DNA of 64,000 nt from Cetorhinus maximus. Taxonomy: Eukaryota. The stretch spans positions 6,696,001-6,760,000 of the forward strand of contig NC_135897.1 in NCBI RefSeq assembly GCF_964194155.1, given 5' to 3'. The translations under genes were made by a program, and so were the position numbers. Within the stretch, counting starts at the first letter, position 1. Each line of letters opens with the position of its first letter. This document shows, piece by piece, positions 1-10,903 of this stretch. The notes beneath the pieces are model-generated. The model saw nothing but the letters and a program-made list of their open reading frames with translations. It was not told the origin of the DNA and made no database searches.

Positions 1-1560
1 TGCTGTCATGGAGTTTAAAAGGGTGGGCCCCAAGATCTGTGTGAACCCCTGTATCAAATTGGAGCCAGACTCCTCTATGCTCCTAGATTGTGGTAACTGG
101 CTCACTGGCACTAAGCATTTCTGTGTGCATGGCCATCAGCCTTTCCTTTATGCCACCTCCAAAGTCCTCATCTCAGTCCCCAGCAACAGAACTTGAATGC
201 AGCCTTACCCTCTGGGGAGTTAGCCCATGTGCTTTCCTTTGCCTGACCCTTGTTATGGCCCATTCACACCCAGTGACTCACCACGTGCAGATCCTACCTC
301 TATATTACCCTCTAATGTATGTACAGAGCCAGGACCTGACTGGTGGCTGCAAGTGACTGATCAAGTGATGATGCTTCATCTGTGGTGGTTCCCTGTTCGT
401 CTTGGCCTTCATCCTCAGGCATCACTGATTGGCCAGAGAGAAACTCTTGGGTTTCTGAAAGTGGAAGTACACAAGGAGAAGGTGGGGGTGGGGTTGGGGG
501 TGGAAAACAAGAGGTTCTTGGTTGCACCATCTGCAGTTTGTACATCAGAGCAGATTGCAGGGTGAGTGTGAAGTGGGATTTGAGAATTTGTACAAGACAG
601 GAACATACTGTCACCCTGGATATCTTCAGCCACACTGGCTGCCCTGTCCTCTGATGGCCTGACAATAATGCTGAGCACTGTCTCCTCCAGGCAGGTAGGA
701 CATGCAGTTGTGCCTGTCACCCTCTGGTTCTTTGCTGTTCCTGTTGTGTGTCTGTTTGTGCTGCACAAGGTGGGGAAGAGTGTCAGTGAGTTTATTATAA
801 TGTATTTGGGTGATGTGCCTGTCATCGCTGAATTGCTAGAAATATGTGGAAGCTGCAAATTGTGGGTGTGAAGCTGGCAACAGGGGTATGTATGTGAGGG
901 GCAGATGGAGCATAGGACTGTTGGACATGAGTCCAGATTGCTGTAGATTGTTGATGGGTGAGTGATAGGGGTGGGGTGCATTGAACAGTATGTGAGGATG
1001 GTAGGAGATGCCATTTGAAGATCCATTCACTGACCTTCACCATTCGTGTGAGATCTTTGACCCTTTTCCAGCTCTGCATCCAGGTCCTCAGAGCCAGACT
1101 CCTGGCATTGATCTCCATGGCTATCTGTTCCCACAGCCTTTGCAGCATGTGTCTGGAAGATCTCCTATACCCTTCACCCTCACCCTGCAGAAAGATGATC
1201 TCCCTCATCCTTTCTACCTCCAGCGCTGAACCAGAGAGTGGGAGCCCTCTCACTGGCCTGTGGCTCTATGGCTCTGGAATTCTTCCTGCTTAGGAAGTCT
1301 TTCCCAGTGAATTCCAATACCTGTCCAGCCAGACTGCATGTCCCCATTGAGAGGTGCGGGCTAGCTTTAAATGGTGTTACCTTTGCATGAACCTGGGCCC
1401 CCTGCTGAGTGTGCAGCTACTCAGCAGCGTGTTTAATGCTGGGTTGGATGCTACAATTATGGAAGTGAGCAGGTAGCATGAATTCTTTGTGCTGACTGCA
1501 CCATTTCCATTGGGCACAGGGCAATTGGGCATCTGCTAACGAGCCTAATTGCATTTTTAG
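1..1560 (-). mobile_element. Degenerate PIF/Harbinger remnant with Myb/SANT-like exon (about 1035-1300); extends off the left edge
   Basis: Minus-strand EVERMREIIF...LWEQIAMEINARSLALRTWMQSWKRVKDLTRMVK followed by a gtcagt donor; Myb/SANT pattern of the Harbinger ORF2 protein; right boundary approximate. Confidence 0.65.
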
Positions 1561-2429
1561 CTCAGTGTTTTGCTGGATGAGAACCAAAGGATTTGAAAGA
1601 CAGAGCAAATGGAGCTGAGGTAGAGATCAGCTAGCTGAATGATAGAAGTTTGAGGGGCTGAATGGCCTACTCCTGTTTCTGTGTTCAATAAAGCACTCCT
1701 AGGCGAGGAACATCGTAGTTAGATGTAAAGTGCATCTCTGCCCAGTTCAGTGTCCATACCTCAGAAGATCACCAACAGTGTCAGTGTGACATTTCCATTT
1801 CTGCGCCAATTATCTGAAGGAATGGTCCTTGGCACTCAGGGAAGTTATGAGGAAAGGGCTTCTCAATCAGTACTTTCTGCATTCCTGGCCCCAAAAGAAA
1901 AGTAAGATGTTGATATTTGTTGCCTATTTGGGCCTTTTCTGGCCAGAACTCCTCCTCCCACTAAGTTGGCCTGGCTGGGAAGCCACAATCGCCTCACCTG
2001 CTCAGGCCCTGGCTAAGTTAGAGTCGGGTCTGAAATTGTTATTGGAGCCTGATTTGTATATCTAATGAAGAACCTTGTTGTTTTCTAACAGCGCTCTTTC
2101 CCTTCTGCTGAAAAGAGCCAGTTAAAATTGAAGACTTTGGAAAGGAATGAAACATTGTTGGGTTAATCACCTGGGCAGTTTTGAATACCCATTTCTCACA
2201 GGGTGAGCGAGGTTAAAAATGCCCCAACAGTGTCAGTTCCTGTAGATGTGTAAAAGGGAATGATGCACTCAGAGAAAGTGTGCACCTCTGATACAACATG
2301 TAAAGTGTCAGCTTGCACCCAACATTTTCTGCCTTTTAATGCTGCTACACCAGTCATCGGCAGAAAGTAAATTAACAGCAGAGAGTTGGCTATAGATGAG
2401 TTGAGTTTTCTTCTTCAAGGTGTCACCGT

Positions 2430-2770
2430 TGACTCAGGAGGCTGTGGGTTCAAGCCCCAATCCTGAGACTTCAGCAGCACAATCCAGGCTGACACATTTG
2501 TGCAGTTCTGAGGGAGTGCTGCACAGTCAGAGGTGGTAGCTTTAGCATGAGAAGTTAAACGGTCTGCAATCTCAGGTGGACGTGCATCCGGGACAATATT
2601 TATCCATCAGCCAAAACTTTAAACGGATGATCTGGTCATTTATGGCTATTTATGGGAACTTGCTCTATGCAAGATTGGCGGCTGTGTTTGCTGCATTACA
2701 ACGGCGAGAATCCTTGGGTGTAAAGCACGTTGAGATAATGAAAGGCTATGTAGAAATGCAAGTCTTTCTT
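2430..2770 (+). mobile_element. tRNA-derived Deu-domain SINE (SacSINE1/AmnSINE-like). Further copies at about 14600-14805(-), 22040-22500(+), 33930-34075(+), 53770-53910(-), 58790-59070(+)
   Basis: B-box-like gggttcaagccc; core gtgcagtwctgagggagtgctgcac shared among copies; tail gctatrtagaaatgcaagtc. Confidence 0.7.
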
Positions 2771-3031
2771 TTTGTAGATAGCTCAAACAAAAGTGATCTC
2801 CAACAGTGGCGGGTGAACTGAAGTGACATACAGTTCTGAGATTCAACACTTGACTATCCAGTAAGGAGGCAGCTGCTCTACTGGGCCAACATGGAGGCAA
2901 TCACTTTAACAAAGATACATTTTACTGCATGCTACCATGCCACATGTTATACAGTAGTACACCATTTCAGTTGGCTGTTATGAGGTTTCTTTAGTTAGGC
3001 CTAATCTTTCTTCTGTGTTCCTTTCCATTAG

Positions 3032-3211
3032 TTGGAGAAGTCCCTCAAGGCTGAAGTTTCAGAGAGGGAGCAAAAGGGGGCTGAGTCAAAGGCTGCATCA
3101 GATCTCCGCCGCCAATTTGAGGATGAAGAGAGGGTTTATAGGAGAAAGCTTCAGGCATATCAAGATGGACAGCAGCGTCAGGCTCAACTTGTACAAAAGC
3201 TTCAGGTCAAG
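3032..3211 (+). CDS. CROCC2: Rootletin-family (CROCC2-like) coiled-coil protein, first coding exon in window (internal exon, phase 0/0)
   Basis: Polypyrimidine tract + ccattag| acceptor; LEKSLKAEVSE...YRRKLQAYQDGQQRQAQLVQKLQVK, matching the rootletin motif YRRKLQAYQEGQQRQAQLVQ; donor aag|gtagga; 180 bp. Confidence 0.9.
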
Positions 3212-3585
3212 GTAGGAAGATAACAGCCTTTCAAAACAGATTCCAATTTGCACAGAGGTCAAAAGTAGACCCAGAACATGGATGTTGGATCAGAAAGGAG
3301 GGAAATGAATGTTGTCGAATTGCAGGGAATTTGGCAACTGGCTTAGCGAAGAAGTGTGCAATGAGGCAGTTTGAATCAATGCCAAGAAACTAGACCTTGG
3401 CATGAGTCTTTATGCTGTGGTGTGTTCTCTTGTTTATAGTGATCATCGACAATGAAAGCTGCATTTAGAAATTTGGGAATGGGACAGACACTTAATAAAA
3501 AGAAGGTTGGCAATTGTGCAAATCACCGGCATCTTAATTCTGGGAGGGTGGAGTGAGGAGAATTTGTGGCAGAATTGAGATTGCA

Positions 3586-4316
3586 CGGCGAAATTTAATG
3601 CCCTCCCCTAAAGTGAGCTTGGAGGCGGGAGAGCATTTAATTGGGCTGGAGGGTGCCGGGTGGGGACTCCACCTCCTTCCTGCCTCTGCTATGATTAAAG
3701 CCTGAGGCGGGAAGGCTCATGGAACGCCTTCCCACCCCACCATCAATTGAGGTTCTTGAGTGGGCAATTAATGTCCATTTAAGGGCCTCATCCTGTCGCT
3801 GCTGGTATTCAACCAGCGGCAGCCAGTGCAGTGGTCATGTGGGAAGCCCGAAAAGCAAACTCTGATGTGTTTGCCTGCAGAATCCTGGTGTGGGGGGGAT
3901 CCTTCATTCGAAGGCACCTTATGCCTGATTGAGGGACCTAGCGTCGGGAAGACTGGGGGGTCCCACTGAGAACCACCCCCTGCCCTTGCTGCTGACCCCT
4001 TCCCCCCAGTGCTCCCTATCCCCCAATCCCCAGATCGTCCTCACTCACCTGTGGCTTGGGTCTCTTAGTAATCCTCGGCCTCTGCCTGAGGGTATTACCA
4101 ACAGCGAGCACAGCTCCTGCTGGTATTGCTTCCAAAGGACAGCTGCCAGTCTGTGATTGGCTGGCAGCTCTCAGGGGGTGGGATTTCTGCTGCTGGCATC
4201 CTTGATTCCGGGGAAGGTCCGCTGCTGGAGGCACTTAATACCTCAAAGGAGACAACACAGGCCTCTCGCCAGCTCTCCAGCTGGTGAGCAAGAACCCCAC
4301 ATTAAACACTGCCCCC
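3586..4316. mobile_element. Non-autonomous Harbinger-type MITE (degenerate)
   Basis: Ends cggcgaaatttaatg ... cattaaacactgcccc form imperfect TIRs; GC-rich interior with cttaat/caattaa motifs like the other MITEs here. Confidence 0.5.
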
Positions 4317-6149
4317 AGTGTTTCTGTGCCACCAGGGGAGGGGTGAGGACTTCTTCTGCCCAGTACATTGTTTTAGTACTTGGAGTGTGTGTCAAGGGGT
4401 TTCCCCTAGATTTGCTCTTAGGAGGTGGCAGCATTTATTGTCCAGCCATAGATACTCATAAGTGATTGCCTATAACTGAGGGGCTTGCTGGGGTCATTTC
4501 AGAGAGCATTAAGAATTGACCACACAACATGTGATTGGAACTAAATGTAGACCATTTAAAAAATGGGCTGTTTACAACATTGAGTCTTTGCTTTGTTTTG
4601 TCCAGAAACTAATTGGAGTATCCTTTGAATTCCAAGGGAGTGAGAAAAACAGAGAAATTGAGCTCTGAATCAACTGAACATTTGAGCCAAGCAATTTGAC
4701 CACGCTGTGACCATATTTCAGGCATAAAGTGGGCAAGGGTCCAATATGGCATGTCTACACTGGAAGTGTACCATCTGACATATTGGCATGCGTTGCTCTG
4801 TAGGCATCCAGGGCATATAGCAGAACGATTCAGAAATCTCATTACAATACTTAAATAAGAGTTCCTACATTGGATGTAGTAGCCTTTTGTGAAATTGGTC
4901 TGTCCTGTCTCACCATGTGATAAATTCACCTCACAACTCATGGCACTAACAGTCAGAAAGGACCACTTACTGCTGTCAAGTTGAGTAACATCTTCAAGTG
5001 TATGACTGACACAGGGATTCATTTAATATTTCTGCCATACCCCCAGGGTGCTTAATAATCCGTCCTTGAGCATCTTCCAGTGGCCCAGTACAGTTTTTGA
5101 CTCAATGTAGGCTTTTCCCATTTGATTCAGAACTGCACAGTAGACCATTTGGCCCATCAAGTCCATTACTACCACAATTATCTCCTATCTTATTTTCCAT
5201 TAACTTTAATAGTTAATGGAATAGTAAACTTAGCTTGCTTTAACTGTTCATGGTATGTGTCCTTGCTTGTTTACCTTTAGTTTATATAAAATTTTGTTTG
5301 TGATATTTTCATCTTTCAATAGGACCAATCAACTGGCTTCCCTTCTTTTTCCCACACTCCATTCTTTTGACTTTGGCTTTTAGATATTTTAACCTGCTCT
5401 TAAAACCGTGCCAGTTATATTCAGCTTGAGTTGTGTCCCTACCCAGGAGGGCTGACCAATTGACTAGTTGTGGGTAAAATGTGAGGTATGGGCAAGAGAT
5501 GGTCGGGGTCGTGGTGAGAGCAGGAGGTGCGGAATGTGTGACTAGGAGGAAAAGGAGGAGTGAGGTGTATTGCAACGGTTGTAGGAGAATGAAGGGAAGC
5601 GTGAATTCATGTAGCTGCCAGTGATGCAGGTGTAGGGAAAGTAATTGAGGTGAGGGATGGCATTTTTACCTTAACATTGGTGAGATTACTGAACATTTGT
5701 TGGCAATGTAGCCAGGTCCTGGGAGCGAAACTACATGCATTGACCGCCTCAGTGAGCACTTCCCACTGGTGACAGAGTTGTTGTGTGAAGGGCTTTCTGC
5801 CTTGGCCTCACCCCAAAACCCTTGGGGATGCAGGATATCTATTCTACTGTCCACTGCCAGGACTAGGGCCTCCTAAGTGACATCTGAGAATGCAGGGATC
5901 TAACCTACATGTTTTGCAGCCATTTCTCTGAACGCATCGGGTACACATTATAGAGTTCCCTCCTCTCTACATACTGCATCTCTTCTTTAGGAGATCCTGG
6001 CTGCCATTTCGTAACCGAAGTGCCAGATTCAGCCCATTGAGTCCATTAATACCCACCCTCCTTCACACTCCCACCTTCCCCAAACAGGCACACAGATCCA
6101 TAAACAGCGCAAGCAACATTGGCTACATGCCTCACATATGATAATGAGA

Positions 6150-6302
6150 TAAAAACAAAATCAGCAGATGCTGGAAATCTGAATTAAAGAAGAAATAATT
6201 CAGAAGCAGAGTCATGCTGGACTCAAAACATTAACTCTGGTTCCCTCCCCACAGCTGCTGCCAGTCTTGCTGAGTTTTTCCAGTATTTTCTGTTTTTATT
6301 TG
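6150..6302. mobile_element. Penelope pseudo-LTR remnant with inverted arms and a decayed hammerhead
   Basis: aaaacaaaat...gatgctggaaatctgaa head, then an inverted segment with gagtcatgctggactcaaaacattaact; same family as 15643-15864. Confidence 0.6.
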
Positions 6303-6639
6303 ACGTGAGACCCCAGCACCAATTTAAGTGGCCACCGGGCCCACATAAACCTCCGTTTTCAATACAATTGAATTCCTTTTGGACTTGGAGTCAGACAAAT
6401 GGATGTAAATTTGATACAGCCCACTCCTTTCTGAAGTAGACATTTGTTTTCAGAGGAATGACTGATCAGTTCAGCACACCCTGTTTAACAGTTAAAGATT
6501 TGGGCAGTTTGTAATGAGAAGGCTTGGCAGCAACAAGGACAGGAAGGCGCCATATTTGTGTGTGCCTGTGATTTATGGTGGTAGTGGTTGGTCTTGAGGT
6601 TGACATCCAAATTGTTTAATGGAGGGCTATACAAGTTAA

Positions 6640-7060
6640 TGGTCTCATAGGATGATACAGCACAATCTATCATGCCTGTGCAAGCGCCTAGAAAGAACTA
6701 TCCAATTAGACCCATTTCCCACATTTTCCCATAATGCTGAAAAATGTTTCTTTCAAGTGTATATGCAATTCTCTTTCAGAAGGGGTTATTTAGTCTGCTT
6801 CTGCCATTCTTTCAAGCAGTGCATTTCAGATCATAACAACTCGCTGCGTAAAGAAATTCTCCGCATCTTCCCTCTGGTTCTTTTTCCAGTCATGTTACAG
6901 TGTGCTCTGGTTACTGACCCTCCTGTCAGTGGAATCAGTTTCTTCGCATTTATCCTATCAAAACCCTTTGTAATTTTTAACACGTCAATTAAATTTCCCC
7001 TTAATATTCGCTTCTCTAAGGAGAGCAATCCCAGCTTCTCTAGTCTCGCTTGAGAGCCTC
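6640..7060 (-). mobile_element. CR1 LINE 3' fragment
   Basis: Minus-strand RLEKLGLLSLEKRILRGNLIDVLKITKGFDR...SVTRAH, the CR1 ORF2 C-terminus. Confidence 0.8.
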
Positions 7061-7718
7061 CTTCCATATTTCTCCAAACACGGTTTACCTAAGTTCTCAA
7101 GTCAGTTTTTACAGTATTCTGATGGGAACCATCCAAAAATCAAATGGTTTTCAATCAGATCCAAGGTTCAAATTGTTCCAAGTATTCATTACTATAAAAT
7201 GAGGCTGCCAGGTAAGAGTGCCAGAGGTTCGACTCCCGTTGGCAAAGTGTCCCTGGATACGACAAGGGGCTGCTTTTTGCCCTATTACTCAGCTGATAAA
7301 CCATTGTGGGGCCAAGATAAGATTGTTTAAATGCTGAAAAGAGCTAAAATATTTCAAACAATCCCATTGTTCAATGAACAACGGCTATGTTTAAGTTTGC
7401 ATATTTCCAAAAGGAATCGGGTTGATCCGGGTTTCATCTAGTTTAATCCAGTCTAATCCAAATGTAACCTTCATTAAATCACCAGCTGATGCTGTGGCAC
7501 AATTGTACAGGGATTACAGTTTGCTCCTGAACAATGAGTTCTTGTGCTGTTTCCATGAGCGAGATCCAGGTTGAGGCTCTGTGGGAATAACCTCCTCACT
7601 GCTTAACAAAATAAATCTGTACTGAACAGGGAATTGTGGGAAAACACAAGTCAATGTGGTTATGAGCTCCGAGCCTTAGGAGTTAGGTTTGGCTCAAACA
7701 TTCTAAAGGGTTCACTGT

Positions 7719-7900
7719 AGGAGAATATTATAGAGGTACATTTACAGCATATACTACAGGGAAATATTCTAGAGGTATATTTACAGAATATACTGCAGGG
7801 AAATATTATAGAGGTACATTTACAGAATATACTGCAGGGAATATTACAGAGGTATACAATTAGGGTAAAATATAGGGAAATATTATAGAGGTACATTTAA
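7719..7900. repeat. Minisatellite, 39-bp unit, about 4.5 copies
   Basis: Unit gggaaatattatagaggtacatttacagaatatactgca repeated head-to-tail with point variants. Confidence 0.9.
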
Positions 7901-7919
7901 AGGATACAAGGTATGGGCA

Positions 7920-8560
7920 TATCTGACACCAACTTTTTGATGAAAGGGAAGGGAATCAGAGTAGTAATGATCAGGAGGGATATAGGGCTGGAAGAGGTTG
8001 TGGAGACAGGAATTGACAAGGCTATGGAAGAATTCAAAGACAAGGATAAGGGTTTTCAATATGAAGGATTACAGGATTGGGAACCAGTGCAGAACTCAAA
8101 GCGGAGGGGTAATGGGCAGGAAAGAATGCTGAGACATAGGCGAAGGTGATCAATGTTACAGTGATAGAAGTGAGAGGAGATAAAGCTTCTGAAGCTTAGC
8201 TCATTGTTGAAGAGAACCACAAGCTTATGAACAATTTGAGGCAGTGGCCGGGGAGGGGATGGAATCAGTAGCAAAGGAGCAATTTGCATTGGAGGTTAAA
8301 GACAATGGCTTTGGCTTTCCCATTTTGGACCTGGAAGAAAATGGGCTCGTCCAAGGTTGGAGTTTGGACACGCAGACTCACAGCACAGAGGCAGTGTGGG
8401 GATGAAGAGGAGTAGTTAGGGTTAGAGCTGGGTATCATTAAAGTGCATGTGAAAGTCGACCCCATGTCTGCAGTTGAGGTCAGTAAGGGCTAACTTGTAG
8501 ATCAGGAAAAGAAGAGGCCAAGGATATATCTTTGTGGGACTCTGGCACTGATGGTGTGGA
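7920..8560 (-). mobile_element. L2-clade LINE fragment (degenerate)
   Basis: Shares motifs (gagctgggtatcatta..., ccaaggatat..., caatggctttggctttccc) with the L2 at 37548-40950. Confidence 0.55.
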
Positions 8561-10903
8561 GAAGCCATTTCTGGAGTTGCTTTCTCCATTCACATAGGAT
8601 TGCAATCAAATAAGAAACAGTCTGCCTGACCAGTTGCCCCATCCCACACAATTTTGCCGTTGAAAGAGGAGTCGGAATGCTGCAGAATGAAGAAGACAAC
8701 AGGAATAGAATTAGGAGAATGGTGAATTGGAGGGAGCTGATACTTAGGATGGGAAATTGGCAAGTCACTCAGCATTTGAGAACTAATGGACACATCCTGT
8801 AATGTTTAATGCTTTCCTGCCAATGCAATCCTACACATTGAGGCTCTACGAACAGTCCTTGTATTTCATCTGATTAAGCTGAATTGCCATCTTTCAGACC
8901 ACTTTTCTTAGCACATCTCTAGAAATCAACATACTTTGTCCTAACTTGCTCCCTGATAAACGGATTTGACAGGCTTTAGAGACCCAGTGGGCTACCTCAT
9001 TCCATGCTACATACATGTCCAGCTTACAGAGGAGAATGTTCTTCTGTCCAGATAGAGCCACCCTCCTTTGCATCTTACCTTGCAGCAAGACCTCTAAGGC
9101 ATTGTCAGTGAATGTGGCAGATTCAACCCCCACAGTTATCCTTGAAATCCATTGTTTCTGCAGCAAAAGCTCTCAAGTCCATAAAACTGGTATCTCCTTT
9201 AAAGATCCAGCAACAGCCTTTTAACAGTTGCTGCCTGGCTGCATTTTACTACTCCTAGCCAATGACACTCCTGACCTGATTCACTGCAAATGCCTTCGCT
9301 AGACATTAAAATGAAGGATAGGGGTTTACTTTGCACAATTCAGTGAGGTCAGCTCACCCTGATGTCAGGAGTGGTGCATTTGTATCATGGTCAAGTGCAG
9401 CCCCAGTTTTGTTAGTCCCACAAGATCGAAGCTGCTGATCATGAGGCACAGATTGTGTGAGTTGACAAGCACAGAACAGGATTCAGTGCAAAACACTGGG
9501 GATAATTTTACAGTTGTGTTGCCGGCAGGGAGCCTAGTCCCCCAGAAGCATAGGTTAGCTTCTCACCAGCATGGTGGACTTTTAAACTCAGCCCATCTGA
9601 GTACAGGACTGGGTCAGCAGAAGGTACTTTGTATGGCAAAGTACTCAGCCTGAGATAGGTGGGATTAGAGGATCCCACAGTGGGTCTGGGACCAGCTTTG
9701 TGCCTGAATGTGCGCTAGATTACAAAAAATGCTCTGAAGGAAAATACAAGAAAGAAGAAGTGGAGCCAGCGAATAATTCTACTCAGCCTAGGATCAAAAA
9801 AGGCAGGGTTAGGGTGGTGTTGGGGGTGGTGGGATGATGCTCGGAACCAAAAACTTCAAGCCTCCCTTTATGTGGGAGAGGATGGGAGCTCCCCAAAAAT
9901 TTGTGGATGCCCAGATGAGGCACTTTGATGCTGTGAAATGGAACAGTTACTGTTTCCGGCTCCTAGTGTCAGATTAAGCACTCCAAGTTAGGTACAAATT
10001 AATGTGCCACATTGCCAACCCCGTGTGGCATTTTTTCACTTCCTGCACTTTCCTTCTGTTGGTAATTAACAATGGTAATTAGTATTTAATTAGAGGCAGA
10101 TTTCTGCTTTAGAACCATACCCACTCAAAAGTGCCTGAAACTTTGTTTACCTAGGACAGTTACAGGCAGTAGATAGTCAAGACCATCAGTGAAGGCTGGA
10201 TATTGAAACACATCTCTGCAGTAAAAAGGCCGGAATCCAATCCACCCCCACAGCAGGAGAGTTTTCAGGATGGATGTGCTGAAGTCCTTTGAAGGGTTAA
10301 ATCTGCTGCAATATTTGGCCAAAATAATAAAATGTTTGGATCCAAACTGTGTTTGGACAGATGACTCTAGATAAACTTAGACCTGCTCCAAGCAAGATCT
10401 GATCTAAACACAGAATACTGACAGGGCAAACCACTTCCCATTGCATGGAATTAGTACTCCAAGAATAACAGTTAAAATACACAAACTACTGAACCAAGCA
10501 AAGAATGTTCCGGATTATCTAGTGCTGAATGGCCAGAATGCTGAACACAGGCAATTCCCCAGGCACATGCAATTGAGACACAGCAGCACAGTTACAAGGC
10601 TAATCACGCTCATATCTAATAATTGAGTGTGTTTCAGTTTTCCTGTTACTCGTGCGAGCTGAATGAATGAATGTTTAAGCTGCCTGTTCATGTGGGTTGG
10701 CTAATTAGCTATTTTTAACTTCAATTTATAGAAAACTTGGTCTAATGTTTCTTGGCAATCAAGCTGTGTGTTAGTAAGAGTTTAGTAATCTAAGATTTTT
10801 ATATAAAAATGTAATATTTGCCCAATTTAAACTTCAAATTCAACCGTTTTACAATAGGCTGGGAAAAAAAAAACCAAAGACTTGCATTTCTAAAGCTCCC
10901 GAA

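Noticed and set aside
7719-7900. 39-bp repeats as a CRISPR array
   Set aside because: Units are contiguous with no unique spacers, no cas genes, and the context is a vertebrate intron.
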